Source of the DNA: the human T2T-CHM13v2.0 reference genome, Homo sapiens
Assembly: GCF_009914755.1 (NCBI RefSeq)
Contig: NC_060933.1
Direction: 5' to 3' (one strand)
Length of the DNA stretch: 64,000 nucleotides
Shown: positions 46,751 through 62,760 of the stretch, in pieces
How the letters are laid out: every line of letters begins with the position of its first letter
How positions within the stretch are numbered: the first letter of the stretch is position 1
Program-made: the position numbers and the translations under genes
The notes under the pieces: model-generated
What the model was told of the DNA's origin: nothing
The model's database searches: none
Seen by the model: the letters and a program-made list of their open reading frames with translations, nothing else

Positions 46751-47796
46751 CTGCAAAGAAATAAAACTGAAATCACAAGCAATTCTATCTCAAATCAGTT
46801 AAACCTACCTTTTCTATCACATAGTTCTACCACCCTATGATTTCACACCTAAGTTCCTGTAATCAGGACTAAAGATAGATACCTAAGATGTGGCTGGTCC
46901 AGTGCAAAACGGAATGTGAAGCCATCCAATCCATCAGTGAGCCCTGACATCTCCATCTCCTACACATATCTCAAACCCATCTCCTTTTTCCCCTCACTAA
47001 CTCCACTCAACCGGTGTTGATCCCATATTCCAGTCTCGTCACTCTCCAATCAAGTCTCTTCTGGGCAGCCAGAATCACTGTCCAAACCATGAAGCAGAAC
47101 ACATTACTCTGTTATTAAAAATCACAAGAAGTTTCTAATCTTTGTTCAATTAAAGAACCCAAATTCCCTCCTATGACTGTCACTGAGCTCCAGCCACAAT
47201 ACTTCCATCCAGTCCCTTGAATAAGATGAGCTCTTGCTAAGCTCAAGGAGTTTGTTGTTCCTTCTGCCTGGAGACAGAGCCTTCTTTTTCTTCACATCTC
47301 AGCACACACATCACTGCCTCCGAGAGGCCTTCCTGGACCACCAGATGCAGGACTCCCATTCTCATAGCCACCATCCTCAAATTACCCCTCAAACATCTCA
47401 GTATTCTCTACCAGTATACTCTGTCCATTTCCATCACACTCCCAACAAAGGGAATCATTACACTGAAATTAATAGATCACAAGTTCCAGAAGAGCAGGAA
47501 TTAGTCAAGCGGTTTTGTTTTCCAGCCACTGCATTCTACCATCCACCACAATTATAGGCATTCTAGTATGTGTTGAATAAAAATCTACTAAAACTATTCT
47601 CAAGATCACATTTCTGTTTCCCCTACTAAATAAAATTAACTTTGAATGATTTGTACAACTAGGGATAAAAGGTTGCTAATCACATATATTATCTCATTTA
47701 GTCTTCTGAACCCTGATAGACAGATACTGATTTTCCCATTTTATAGATGAATAAGGTGTGGCTTATGAAAGTGAGATCATTTCCCACTATTGTCTA

Positions 47797-48033
<237 letters not shown>

Positions 48034-48136
48034 TCACAAATAGCTGATGCGCTCTTTGCAAAAAACCATCAACATCAACATTTGCTAAAACACTTAACAT
48101 GCAATTTCAATCACTTTTTTTCTCTAATGCTGGCAT

Positions 48137-48420
48137 TATTTATTTATATATATATTTTTATTATACTTTAAGTTCTAGGGTACATGTGCACAATGTGCAG
48201 GTTTGTTACATATGTATACATGTGCCATGTTGGTGTGCTGCACCCATTAACTTGTCATTTACATTAGGTATATCTCCTAATGCTATCCCTCCACCCTCCC
48301 CCACCCCACGACAGGCCCAGGTGTGTGATGTTCTCCTTCCTGTGTCCAAGTGTTCTCACTGTTCAGTTCCCACCTATGAGTGAGAACATGCGGTGTTTGG
48401 TTTTTTGTCCCTGCGATAGT
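48137..48420 (-). mobile_element. 5'-truncated primate L1 (L1PA) 3' end with TSD
   Basis: ttattatactttaagttctagggtacatgtgcacaatgtgcagg... is the L1PA 3' UTR; TSD TCAATCACTTTTTT at 48107-48120 and 48423-48436. Confidence 0.93.
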
Positions 48421-48506
48421 CATCAATCACTTTTTTAAGAGTACGTTAGTTCATTAAAAGAGGAAACAGGAGTAGAATACACTTGCCAATTCCACTCTAA
48501 AGCTTA

Positions 48507-48839
<333 letters not shown>

Positions 48840-48893
48840 CTACCTACTTCAATACAATGTAGACAAAATACATATATACACACCCAATACTAT

Positions 48894-48917
48894 ACACACA
48901 CACACACACACACACAC
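48894..48917. repeat. (CA)n microsatellite
   Basis: AC run of about 12 units. Confidence 0.9.
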
Positions 48918-49310
48918 TTATACACTTAGAGACAGACGGTTAGATGAATAGATAAAACTACTCCAAACCAAAGCCCAGATAAAGCCACATCTGCTACATG
49001 ACACCATTTTCCACAAACCCAATAAGGTAGTTGTTTACACTGTGAAGTCATCATTCCTCTTCTGGCCACAACTTACTGCAACTTATTACAAAGTATTGCC
49101 TTCATTAGACATGGATGGTACCAATATCATTTCTGTCTGCTTAAAATAGTTAAAGCAACTGGTCTGTAGGAAAATGAGCACACTCAATATCTCTATCACT
49201 ATCATATCGATTGATGGAAAATTGTGGATTTTCACTAATGAGATGAAGGGAATTTGTTATCACCATTACATTTTTTCCCTGAGTCAATGGAGCGAAGTAA
49301 AATTTCACTA

Positions 49311-49455
49311 TTTTTTTTTTTTTTTTGGACAGTGTCTTGCTCTGTTGCCCAGGTTGAAATGCAGTTGACACAATCACAGCTCACCGCAATCTCAACCTCC
49401 TAGGCTCAAGTGATCCTCCCACCTCACCTTCTCAAGTAGCTTGGACCATAGCCAC
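49311..49455 (-). mobile_element. Partial Alu (right arm)
   Basis: T tail then gtcttgctctgttgcccaggttg...tcctcccacctca. Confidence 0.85.
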
Positions 49456-49669
49456 GGAAGCAGAATTTCTCAAAAGAGGAGGAAGAGGTAGTGATTAAAA
49501 AAAGAAAAAAGAGACAAAGAAGTAGTGATAAAAGCAAATGATGTTAATGCTAACATTTAATTCAAAGTTTTTAACCAATCTACAAAAAAACTAAACATTA
49601 TAACAATAGGGAATTCCTCTACAAATGCTTCAAATTTTGTGAGGATAAATTATCTGTCAAGAAGAGAAC

Positions 49670-49850
49670 AAACTCTGGAGCTAGACTCGCTGGGATTTGA
49701 TCCTGGCTCCACCTGCATGATCTCAGGCAAGTTACCTAACTGCTCCATGTCTTAGTTGTCTCATCTGTAAAATGATGGTGCAAATGGCATATACTTTACA
49801 GAGGTATTATGAGAAATAAGTAAGCTAAAACAGACAAAGCATTTAGAAGA
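49670..49850. mobile_element. MIR
   Basis: ctcaggcaagttacctaac...tctcatctgtaaaatg MIR core. Confidence 0.65.
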
Positions 49851-50684
49851 GTATTTTTTACAAAGTATAAGCTAAAGTAAATGTAAACTAAATCGAGGGA
49901 CTTTGTAGTCCTCAAAAGCATTAATATTTTATATGAACAAAACAGTCTTTTTGAGAAATAAAAGTCAAAGCAGTAGAAATATACTGTAAATGACTTCTCA
50001 TTTCCTTTACAGCAAATGAGATGACTGCATCAAGCTTTTGCCTCTACAAGCTAATGATGAAGAATTTCAAATCTGAAGAAGTAGAAACTTAGTAAATTGC
50101 TCCGCTTTTCAAAAGGTAATCTAATGGCTTACTTTAAGTGCTACATATTTCTAGAACATATTCTGCATTTAGACATGTTAACAAAAGGCTTTTTCAAAAT
50201 ATCACGAAAGACTATGAGTCAAAGAGTAGCAGCAAATGACTGCATTAAAATGTTTTATGTCTATAAATTTATGTAATGTATATATATAAAGGAAAGGTTC
50301 CTAATTTTGCAACAACGTTTCTCAGAAATCTCACCAGTAGGGCTTTAATTACAAATTAATCTGGGGATTAGTGTCAGTGGACAAAGGTGCCAAGTATTGA
50401 CACTGGAAACAAGGAGTTCTGGGAACTGGCTAGAAAATGCTATCAACTATACAACAGGGCTTACATTACACAGAAGAGCATTCATTAACTGAAACCTGTT
50501 ACATAATGAAGATATAGTCAGGAATCAAAACAAAACTCAGGCCCAGAGAACAGTGAAATTTCAGCAAAGAAGAATAGAGACTTTCTAATGGTAAATGTAG
50601 TCAGGTACAAAATAGGATATATAGAAGAGGAGGCTGGAAGAAGCATTTTGAAGTCACCACATCAAAACAAAGCATATATGTGCA

Positions 50685-50927
50685 ATTATGCATCATTTAA
50701 CGATGGGGATACGTCTGAGAAATGTGTTGTTAGGTGATTTCATCATTGTGCAAACATCATAGAGTACTTACACAAACCTAGGTGGTGTAGCCTACTACAC
50801 CCCTAGCCTATGGGGTATGGCCTATTGCTACCAGGCTACAAACCTGGACAGCATGTTACTTTACAGAATACTACAGGCAATTGTAATACCATGTCAAGTA
50901 TTTGTGTATCTAAACATAGAAAAGGTA
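50685..50927. mobile_element. Tigger3/MER7-like fragment
   Basis: atggggatacgtctgagaaatgtgttgttaggtgatttcatcattgtgcaaacatcatagagt...gcctactacacccctag. Confidence 0.75.
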
Positions 50928-50929
50928 TG

Positions 50930-50932
<3 letters not shown>

Positions 50933-50968
<36 letters not shown>
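50933..50968. repeat. (CA)n microsatellite
   Basis: AC run of about 18 units. Confidence 0.95.
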
Positions 50969-50972
<4 letters not shown>

Positions 50973-51339
50973 GCGCATGACTGCATTTATACAAAATTTC
51001 TTCCCATCACATTAGCCCATGAGAATTAGCCACTCTAATTATGCTTGACAGTTATTAAAATCAATTATAACATATAACAATCACGCTGGAAAAATGTGGG
51101 TAGATGCTAAATTAAAATATTTAACATATCTTTAAAAAGTTGCTTCATCTACTAATATTTATCCTATTTTTCACCACTTTTTGATATATTTTTGGTCTGT
51201 TATTTTGACATGGCTCATAACTAGATTTAACCTTCTTGTTAAGTGTGTCTAACAAGAAAGCTACTGCTCCTCAACCTTGATCAATAGAAGTCAAAAGTTG
51301 TATGCTCATAAAAGACAAAAACCTAACTCCATTTGCTTA

Positions 51340-51594
<255 letters not shown>

Positions 51595-53371
51595 TTAAAA
51601 ACCACTGAGACGTTCCTGGATGAAGGAAGACTGAAGCATCTTGTATACAGTCCACTCCTAATTATTTGGAGGGGCAAAACCTGAGATACTACCAAATACT
51701 ACAAAATCTAAAATTAATCTTTGTCTGGCTTAAGAATACGTTTTTATATTTTCCCTAAATTTCTCATACCCTGAAATCTTTAAATTTGAAGAGAACACTT
51801 GAGGAAACTGACTACACAAGAAAATTACCAGCCCTAGTCCCTACACTAATGAACCCCAGAGCTTTTCCACTGCCATGACTTACCAGCATTCAAACCAGGC
51901 TCTGGCAGGTATGTCACTTGCAGTAGAATGGGTCCTTTCCTAAGCACCTCACATTAAACTGACTGACTAGCTTGAGAGATGGTCTCCATGTCTCTAATGC
52001 ATTCTTTGGTAGCATTTATACACCTGACCAGCGCACTGTTCTTGTCACCTCACGTAGGAACCGACAATGGCTACTTCCTGCCTTTTAGATCAGGTGGCAA
52101 ATCCGCAGCTCCCACTGAAGAAGTTGGTCACTAGCCTGATCTTCCTCCTCAAACATCTCTCCCCGGACTCAGGCTCTCCATTGCATTCACATAGAGTATC
52201 CCATGGAGGATCAGTCCCACCTCTGGTTTTCACTGACACTTTCTTCCCCACCAGACCCAATGTTCCCAATTCTTTGCCAACCCCAAACCTATCCCTTCCC
52301 CAAGATCACGATGAGTACTCATGTCTTCTGTGAAATCTCAGACGAATTGGCATTATCCCCATCAATTTTTTTTAAATGAAACTATATTCTAAACTGCCTC
52401 ATACTTTCTAATTTGTCCTCTATCTCTACTCTAGTGGTTTCAAGTCTATGAAGTGAAATAATGCATGTAAATGCTCTTTAAAAACTACTAAGCATTATAC
52501 AGGCAGCCTCAAAATCATACAGAGGTTGAACACTTCTGCTGTATTTATTAAATATATCACATATATTTAAGAAACATTATTTATTAAATTCTGCTATTTG
52601 TTGTACTCAGTTAATTATTTCTATTAATCTAACAATAAATGTTCCCTGGAGGCAGAGTAGTTTAGTAATGAAGAACATGGACTTATCAAACAGAATAGAA
52701 TCAAACCCTAAATTCTCTAGTTACCAGGTCCATGACCTTGGGTAAGTTACCTAACCTCTACACTTTGTTTTTTTAATCTGTAAGTACTCAATAAGTGGTA
52801 CTTTTTAAAAAAGTTCTCTCACAGATGTGGCATTATAATTTGGTTTCTAGGTCATTTTGCAAATGCCTATAGTGTACCTGAGGTATTCAATAACATCCAA
52901 TTGTTTACAATACTGTTTCAATGGAAGAATGCATTCTGATTTCCATCCCAGGAGCCTCAAAGCACAGCACCCAGAAGTTCTAGATTCTGGGATGGAGCAA
53001 AGACAGAGGCTGCATTAGGTCATCCATGTTAACAACCCATACATCCCCATTTATGTAAGAGAATGCAGCTCCGCCTTATCATTGTCATCTCCATCTTTCC
53101 CACATGATTTTTCCTGGAGAACCAAGCGCTATTGGGAGTAGGTCCTAGGCTGGCTTACAACTCATGCTCTCCTGCTACCTATCAAATTATATGGCATTCA
53201 GACAAACTACATGACTGGCTTCTCCAATCAGATCCGAAAGTCAGGGCCTGGGTGTTGTCTTTATTTCTTGTTCCACTCAGCAACAGGCATAGAACTGTTA
53301 TCAGATGGCTGAATTTAGGACTGCATGCTGGCTGATTCTGTTCCCAGAAGCCCAAGATAATTAAGAACCTA

Positions 53372-53494
<123 letters not shown>

Positions 53495-53779
53495 CTATCA
53501 TCGTAAATTATAAGATTTCACCTAATACTAAGGGGATGGTGTCTGCAATTAATGAGTTCTAGAAGGCAAACAGCAATCTAGAAAATAATCACATCTCAAC
53601 CTCCTTAAAATCTCTGCTTTCCTCTTAAGAACACATCAGTCATAATCTTCCCTGACAAAGGCCACATCTCAGCAAGACCAGGTGAAGGGGCTACCCTCTC
53701 AGCCCAGTGCTGTGGACAATTTCCTCCACTGTCTTCAACCACCTCTCAATATCCTCAAATTCTCCAAAGTCCTAAGCAC

Positions 53780-54440
53780 CTGCTTAAAAGACATTTTCTT
53801 TCTATTCTTCATCCAGTTTATTCACTGCACAGCAGCCAATGCAAGCCTTTAAAAAATTCAGCCAGAACACTGCACTCCTCTGTTCTAAGCCCTCTGGTGG
53901 CTCCTATCTCACTCGGAGTAAAAGCCGCAAGGCCCTACAAGAGCAGATTCCCATCACCACTCTGAACTCACCCACCACCTTCCCCTCCTTTGCTCTGCTG
54001 CAGCCACCCTGGCCTCCTGGCTATTTCCTAAACACAACAGGCACTTCGGTGGTTGCTTTTTACTCTGCTTGGAACGCTCTTTCTTTTTTCTTCTTTGCCT
54101 TCAAGCATAGAATGCTTGGGACGCTCTTACCCCAGATGTCTGCGTGGCTCCCACTGTGATTCTCACCAGGTCTCTGCTTCAATGTCACCTTCACAGAGAG
54201 GCCTTTGGGATCACACTAAATAGGAAAGACACCTTCCCCCTGTAAACCCTTATCCTTAAGCTCTCCCTACCCCTTATTTTGCTTAATTTTTCTCCACAGC
54301 ACTTGCCATCTGATAGATCATATTTAATTGATATCTTTTGTCTACACCTAGAACAACAAGTTGTAGACAAAGTACAACTAGTTTTCTAGTACAACAAGCC
54401 AAGTACTAGAAAAAAGCCTGGCATATAATAAACAATCAAG
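53780..54440. mobile_element. L2 fragment
   Basis: ctcctgttctaagccctctggtggct...aatgtcaccttcacagagaggcct...gcctggcatataata. Confidence 0.6.
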
Positions 54441-56070
54441 AAGCAATGAGGGGGAAAAAGGAGTGATACTCAGGATGCATCAAACACCATCTTTGAAAAC
54501 TTTGGCAACGAACTTGTCTCCACACCACTCAAATGTCTACCACTTGACTCCAAGTTCTTAATTTCCCTTCCACTTGGGCACGGAGCCCTGACCTGTTCCA
54601 GTCCAAGATCTCTTTTTCCAGATTCTCTTATATCCAAACTCTCCCCAGTGGGTTCTTTAACTTCTCAGGGTTTTTACTTCATGGATTTGTTATGATCTTT
54701 CTCTTCTTTCCATTTCTATGAACACTGCTCTGGCTCAAGCTCTTGCTAGCTCCTGCCTGGACACTTGACAACAGCTTCTCCTAACTAGAATCTCTGCCTC
54801 CAGGTGCCCCTGACCTATGGCCAACCCCACATATTGATGCCGAACAATCTTTCAAAAGTGGAGCTCTCAACCTGTCCTATCTCATCACAGGGAGTTTTCT
54901 CTCAAGTAAAATGAATGCAGGGTGGTACAGGGTTTCATTCTGAGGAGATAAAAACGTCCTAAAATTGATCGTGGTGATGGCTGTACAACTCTGTGAATAT
55001 ACATATATATACATATACATATGTATATATATTCATACACACACATATAAACCATTGAATTGTACACTTTAAATAGATGAATGATATAAAGCTATTTTTT
55101 AAGTGAATGCAGAACAAAACATACCATACATCATAAAGTGACATATAAACTCATTAGCATCATACAGTTAAGTCCCACAAAAGCTTACATCTGATTCTTT
55201 TTGCCTTGACAATGAACATATTTGCACTTTTTTTTAAAGCTATTTTGAAAAGTTTAAGGAGGACTGTAACAGCATTTTACACACTGAAACTATAATCAGA
55301 GAAACTGGTGATACATCCAGATAGGATCCATGTACACAGTGGGCTGCTGACTTAACAGAAAAGCTGATATGAAAGTAAGGACTTCCCATTTAAATTAATT
55401 AATTTTGATTATTCTCTCTTGGCAACTATCTAGGCTTTTTCTGAGAATTCAAAAGATATTTGAAAACAAGGCTAACACTGCCATATGCCAGCAGAATTTA
55501 TGACATAACCACAGAACTCACAAGTAAAAACAAATTTCAGATTCTCCAGCACATCAGGAAAGTAATGAAGAACTGACAGCAATGGGGCTGTGGCAGGACA
55601 AGTGGATTAGGAGCTAGAACACCTGTGTTGAGGTCCTTGTCCATTCTTGTTCAAACAAATTACAAAACCTCTGACACTGTGTTCCCTCATCTACAAAAGA
55701 GGAAAACCCCATCTCTGACACAGCTCCTAGGAGGGATGAGATCAACTGAAAATATGTGTAAAGGCTATGAAAAGAGTAAAACATATTAACAATGTATAAC
55801 ATACTATGTTATTTCCAGAGTCCAATGTTATTCTTAAATAACTGACTCTTCAAGTCAGTAAGGGAAAAGGAATGGCTCGTACAAACCAGTATAGGATTAA
55901 AAAAAAAAAAAAACAAAAACCCAAGCCAATTAAATATCATAATGATAATGATATCAACTGCAGACTTAAAAATTTTGAGAAACACTAGACCTATGGCAAC
56001 ACCAAACTATAATTTGCTTTTATGTAGGAGTAGAAGGGACTTGATTCAGAACATCTTGGCAAAAGTTTTA

Positions 56071-56274
<204 letters not shown>

Positions 56275-57261
56275 TTAGACCTAGGGATATTCAATTTGTA
56301 AGATAAGCCATCTGAACATCACAGTATATCTAAACAATAATGGCAATTCACAAAAAAATAACTTTCAATGTTTTTCTCAGGAACAAGTCTAAAAACAGTG
56401 TGGGATGGGGAAATGTCATGGGTTCTGTCCATAATTGGCTATTGTCACCTCTAGGCCTAGGGGAGTCCATCTCAGTACCTGGAGTTTCAGGTGCCAGAGA
56501 CTAAGGCAAAAAGGCCAAGAGGTCAGACCTCTAGCTTTAAACCTGGGCCTGCAACCAAGCCACACTAAACCAAGGGAATTAATACTTTCAAAATCCTTAA
56601 AGCACTTTCCTATGTGTGGATTTGGTAATAACACAGATCTGATTAAGTTCTCTATATAGAATACATGACTATAAAATCAGTATTATGTAGAATATTACAC
56701 AGAATATGAATTAATATACCACCTCACATTACAATCTTAGAAGCCAGTGCTCCCTTTCATATCAGCAATGAAACTATTCATTAAGGTGACTACTTCACTC
56801 TTCAGTCTTGCCCTTCCCACCCCACCCCCTAAAAAAACCTTCTACCTCATTATAAAATATAAACCTAATCTTCATATTAGGCAAACGTTTATGCATGAAC
56901 TGAACATACTGGAGAGGTATATATCAGCAAGCATTTGTATCAGGAAACAAAGCAACACAAGTGGGGTGGTATAAGGGTCAATTATAAATCTGTGTCAGGG
57001 CAAACAGATAAAGCTAACACACCCAATCCCACAAGACTGTACTGTTGTCATCCTCTCTACCTAGAGTCAAAGTTTTCAGTGTCTTCAAAGGCCAGGCAAG
57101 TAAACGTGTGAAGGCCACAGATGCAGTATAACAGGAAACTGGTGGGGGAGGGGGGACAATGGTTCTCAGGAGAGAACATACCCCACCTTATATCCCATTC
57201 AATAAAAAAACAAGTAACCCAAACAGCCAAAACAAATAAAGATTCCCCACTGTTCCAGTCA

Positions 57262-57633
<372 letters not shown>

Positions 57634-57798
57634 TCAAGGGCAATCTTTTCTTTTTCAAAGGACCCTTCCTGCTCAGCCTCATCTCTAAAATAAGAACAAT
57701 AATAACTGCCAAAAAATAGCTTTCCATGCAGATAAAATATCAAGAATCAATAAGGTCAGAAATATATGTTTATTTTCTTGTTTTTTTTCTATTTTTAA

Positions 57799-58128
<330 letters not shown>

Positions 58129-58697
58129 CACATGTTTATTTTCAACTTTACTTCCAAACTTTATGATCACAATGGAAGGCTACCAGGAAAAAGCATTCTT
58201 TTAGTGGGTTTTCTCATGAAGATTTAGGAAGAAGATAACTTGGCAATTAGAGTAAAAGTATTAAAACACTTAATCCAAGATCTAGACTAGCATCATTGTG
58301 TTGTATTGGGCTTAAGATGCTTATTTTCTTTCAGGTGCTTTGCAAGCACTTATGTTCAAGGCTATCTGGGTATTAATCCTGATTCAGCTGTCCAAAGAAG
58401 ATAAGCATGAAATTATCCTTCCAACATCTATTAAGCAAGCAAGACTTAATCATGCCAAAACCAACCTTTACTAAACAGATGACATATAAATTAAGACCTT
58501 AGTTATATTAGGAATTATAGTTATATTAAGAAATATTATTTATATTAAGGATTTTCTCAATCTCCTTGCTCACTAATGCTTAACTTAGTGATCACAGCAA
58601 ACATAACCTAGTCTCAAACCGCATTATTACAACACTTTGAAGTTAGACCACATGCTGATGTTCTGTGAGCACAGATGTTGTGGCTGTTCTTGTGCAA

Positions 58698-58915
58698 TGT
58701 GTGTGTGTGTGTATATATATACATACATGTTTTTGAGATGGAGTCTCACTCTGTCACCCATGCTGGAGTGCAGTGGCTCAATCTCGGCTCACGGCAACCT
58801 CTGCCTCCCAGTTCAAGCGATTCCCTTGTCTCAGCCTCCCGAGTAGCTAGGACTACAGGCGCGCACCACCACGCCGGACTAATTTTTGCATTTTTAGTAG
58901 AGACAGGGTTTCATC
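58698..58915 (-). mobile_element. Partial Alu with (TG)n(TA)n-converted tail
   Basis: tgtgtgtgtgtgtgtatatatatac then ttttgagatggagtctcact...gggtttcatc. Confidence 0.88.
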
Positions 58916-59188
58916 CTGTGCAATATTTTTATGCTCAGCATATCACAGTGCCATCCCTTGACACACTGGTTAATCGGTGGTTCTCAACTGCGGCTGTTTA
59001 AAATCACTTGGGGGCTTTTGGTTTTTAATTAAATACTTACGTATAATCTCCATTCCAACACACTGAACTGAACTCTTGAGATGAAGCCTGAATATCATTT
59101 TTTTTCTAAAGGTGTGGCCAGGGTTAAGAACTATTGTGTTGAATGAATAATGAGTTTCTTAACATTGCAGTTAAAAGGGTTCTACTGA

Positions 59189-59482
59189 GGCCGGGCACGG
59201 TGGCTCACGCCTGTAATCCCAGCACTTTGGGAGGCCGAGACGGGCAGATCACGAGATGGAGATCGAGACCATCCTGGCTAACGCGGTGAAACCCTGCCTC
59301 TACCAAAAATACAAAAAATTAGCCAGGCTTGGTGGCGGGCGCCTGTAGACCCAGCTACTCGGGAAGCTGAGGCAGGAAAATGGAGTGAACCCGGGAGGCA
59401 GAGCTTGCAGTGACCGAGATCGGGCCACTGCACTCCAGCCTGGGGGAAAGAGAGAGACTCCGTCTCCAAAAAAAAAAAAAAA
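59189..59482 (+). mobile_element. Alu (AluY-like)
   Basis: Full Alu; TSD AAAAGGGTTCTACTGA (3' copy has an expanded G run). Confidence 0.95.
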
Positions 59483-59693
59483 GGGGGGGGGGGTTCTACT
59501 GATTAAAGAGTTTGAAAGCTACTTAGAAAATAATCAAGTAAAAAGATTTATGAACAAAAATGTACCATGCATTGCTGTTTACAATAATGAGAAATGACAA
59601 AACTGTAAATGTCTAACAGCATGAGATTTAATGAACGAGAATAAACGAGTATTATACAGCAATTTAAAATGATGCAGATGTATCACACCTACA

Positions 59694-59997
59694 CTTTTTT
59701 TTGTTTTGTTTTGAGACAGTCTCACTCTGTCGCCAAGGCTGGAGTGCAGTGGCACGATCTCCATTCACTGCAAGCTCCGCCTCCTCCAGGTTCACACCAT
59801 TCTCCTGCCTCAGCCTCCTGAGTAGCTGGGACTACAGGCGCCTGCCACCACGCCCAGCTAATTTTTTGTATTTTTAGTAGAGATGGGGTTACACCGTGTT
59901 AGCCAGGATGGTCTCGATCTCCTGACCTCGTGATCCGCCCGCCTCGGCCTCCCAAAGTGCTGGGCCCCCAAAGTGCATGAGCCACCGCACCTGGCCC
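59694..59997 (-). mobile_element. Alu (AluY-like)
   Basis: Reverse Alu with ccgtgttagccaggatggtctcgatctcctgacctcgtgatccg. Confidence 0.95.
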
Positions 59998-60301
59998 ATA
60001 CCTACTACACTTTTAACAAAAACAAGATGATAGCTATACTGAGATATATACATGAAAAACCTAGAAGACAAGAAAATTTGAATAGTGATTATTACGAAGT
60101 GGTAGAACTATGAGATTTTTTTCTCATCTTATTTTCTAACATTTTCAAGTATTATTTAATACTTAAAACCACACACTTATACATTTTAAAAGCTATAAAA
60201 ATATTCTTACTTTTACGCTTAATCTAAATCTTCTTTCACGTCCACAGAATTCCTTTGGTTAGTGTTTTTTCTGTGGTAATACCATGCACTAGGGAAAGCA
60301 C

Positions 60302-61101
60302 GTGATGACTTACAACAGTTAATTTTATTGTGTCAAGTTGGCTAGGCTATGGCACCCAGCTATCTGCTGAAACTCCAGATGTTGCTGTGAAGGTATTCTG
60401 TAGATGTGATTAATATTTATAATCGGCTGACTATAAGGAAAGCAGATTATTCCCCATAATGTGGGAAGGTCCCATTCATTCAGCTGAAGACCTTAAAAGC
60501 AAAAACTGAGGCTTCGCAGAAAAGAAGAAATTCTGCCTTAAGGCTGTAACAGAAATCCTCCGTAAGTTTCCAGCCTGCCCTACAGATTTCATACTCAAGA
60601 CAGCAACATCAATTCTTACCTGAATTTCCAGCCTGCCAACCTGCCCCCACAAATTTCAAACTTGCCATCCCCTACATTAGCTAATCTTTTAAAGTAAATC
60701 TATCCACACTCTATTACTCTCTCTCCCTCCCGCCCCACCCTATTCCCTCTCTCACCGTCTCTCTATGTAAGTACAGCTGACCCTTGAACAACACAGGCTT
60801 GAACTGCACAGGTCCATTTATATTCGTATTTTTTTCAATGAATACAGTCGGCCCTTCATATTGTGGATTCTATACCCGCAACCAAACGCACATCAAAAAT
60901 ATGGTACTTGAGGAATGCAAAACCCAAGTATACAAAAGGCTGACTTTTCATATCTGAGTGTTCTGCAGGGTTGACTGCAGGACTTGACCATGTGTGGATT
61001 TTGGCGTCCATGGGCAATCCTAGAACTAATCCCCCGAGAATACTGAGGGACGAATTATATATATGTATTATTTGTTTCTCTAGAGAACCCCAACCAATAC
61101 A
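60302..61101 (+). mobile_element. ERVL LTR (MLT2-like) interrupted by a Tigger MITE
   Basis: gttaattttattgtgtcaagttggctaggcta...ccccataatgtgggaaggtcccattcattcagctgaag...; LTR end tttctctagagaaccccaaccaataca. Confidence 0.75.
60774..61056. mobile_element. TcMar-Tigger MITE (MER2-like) nested in the LTR
   Basis: TA|cagctgacccttgaacaacacagg...tactgagggacga. Confidence 0.75.
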
Positions 61102-61238
61102 TGACTGAAATCCACAATCAATCAAAACCTAACCACCCCCATTTCCACCTACCCACTTCAGCATCTTTGATTCTACTAAGGGACTAAGTAGAAGGGATGA
61201 AGGAAATCCCATACCTGTCTACTTTCAACTACGTTTTA

Positions 61239-61367
<129 letters not shown>

Positions 61368-62256
61368 CTAGAAGGGAAAAAAGATCTGTCATTGGCTTTC
61401 AGTTATGGATTTACTTCCAAATCTTTATAATAGCTGTACTTCCTCTCTCAAATCAAATAATCCCACTACCTGAGCTCATCCCTAGCTGTAAATCACTAAC
61501 CTACAGAGGCATTAAACAAATCTGTAAAATATGTCATTATTATGTAGAGGACTTAAAAAAAAGAAATACATTATGCTTAAAGATTAAAAGAGACTTAAGA
61601 AACTTAACCAAATACAAGGTGACATTTTTAGACAATCAGAGAAACTGGAATATGGACTGGGTGTTAGACAACACAGAGATAAGATGTAATAATAGAATTA
61701 TGGTTATGTAAAGAAAAATGTCCTTAACTGTTATAAATAAATATTGAAAATATGATTTCTAGAATTAAAACTCCAGGAAATAAAAATATATGTAAGTATA
61801 TGTATGTATAGGCCAAAGAGTTGCGGACCGATGAAAATAGTTTTGCAAAATGTTGGTATCTACTGAAAGTGAGTAATAGTTACATGGGAGTTCATTAAAC
61901 TCGTCTCTCAACTTAGGATGTTTAAAATTTTACACAGAGATACCATTTGATGTGTTCTCACTTCAGCAAGAATCTTAATGGTATACAAACCACTTAAGAT
62001 TTAAATGTTATAAATGAAAAACATCTTCATTACTGGAAAAATTATGCTTTTGTCAAAATAAACAATAAAAACTAGCATTTTTATTTCCTACTTCTGTTTT
62101 ATCTAAGGTGGGGGACAAATGCTATTATTTGCAAAATCACTGGAAAAACAATATTTTATTAAATAAAAATCAGTTCTAGGAAGCCACCATTTTTATTACT
62201 ATTTACTCTAAAGCTACTATTTATATATCCATATCAAATATAAATCCCCTCTATAG

Positions 62257-62553
<297 letters not shown>

Positions 62554-62607
62554 AATTCCCTCTATAGCTATGGAAAGTCCTCTACATTCGAGGGTGAAAC
62601 AAACTCA

Positions 62608-62760
<153 letters not shown>

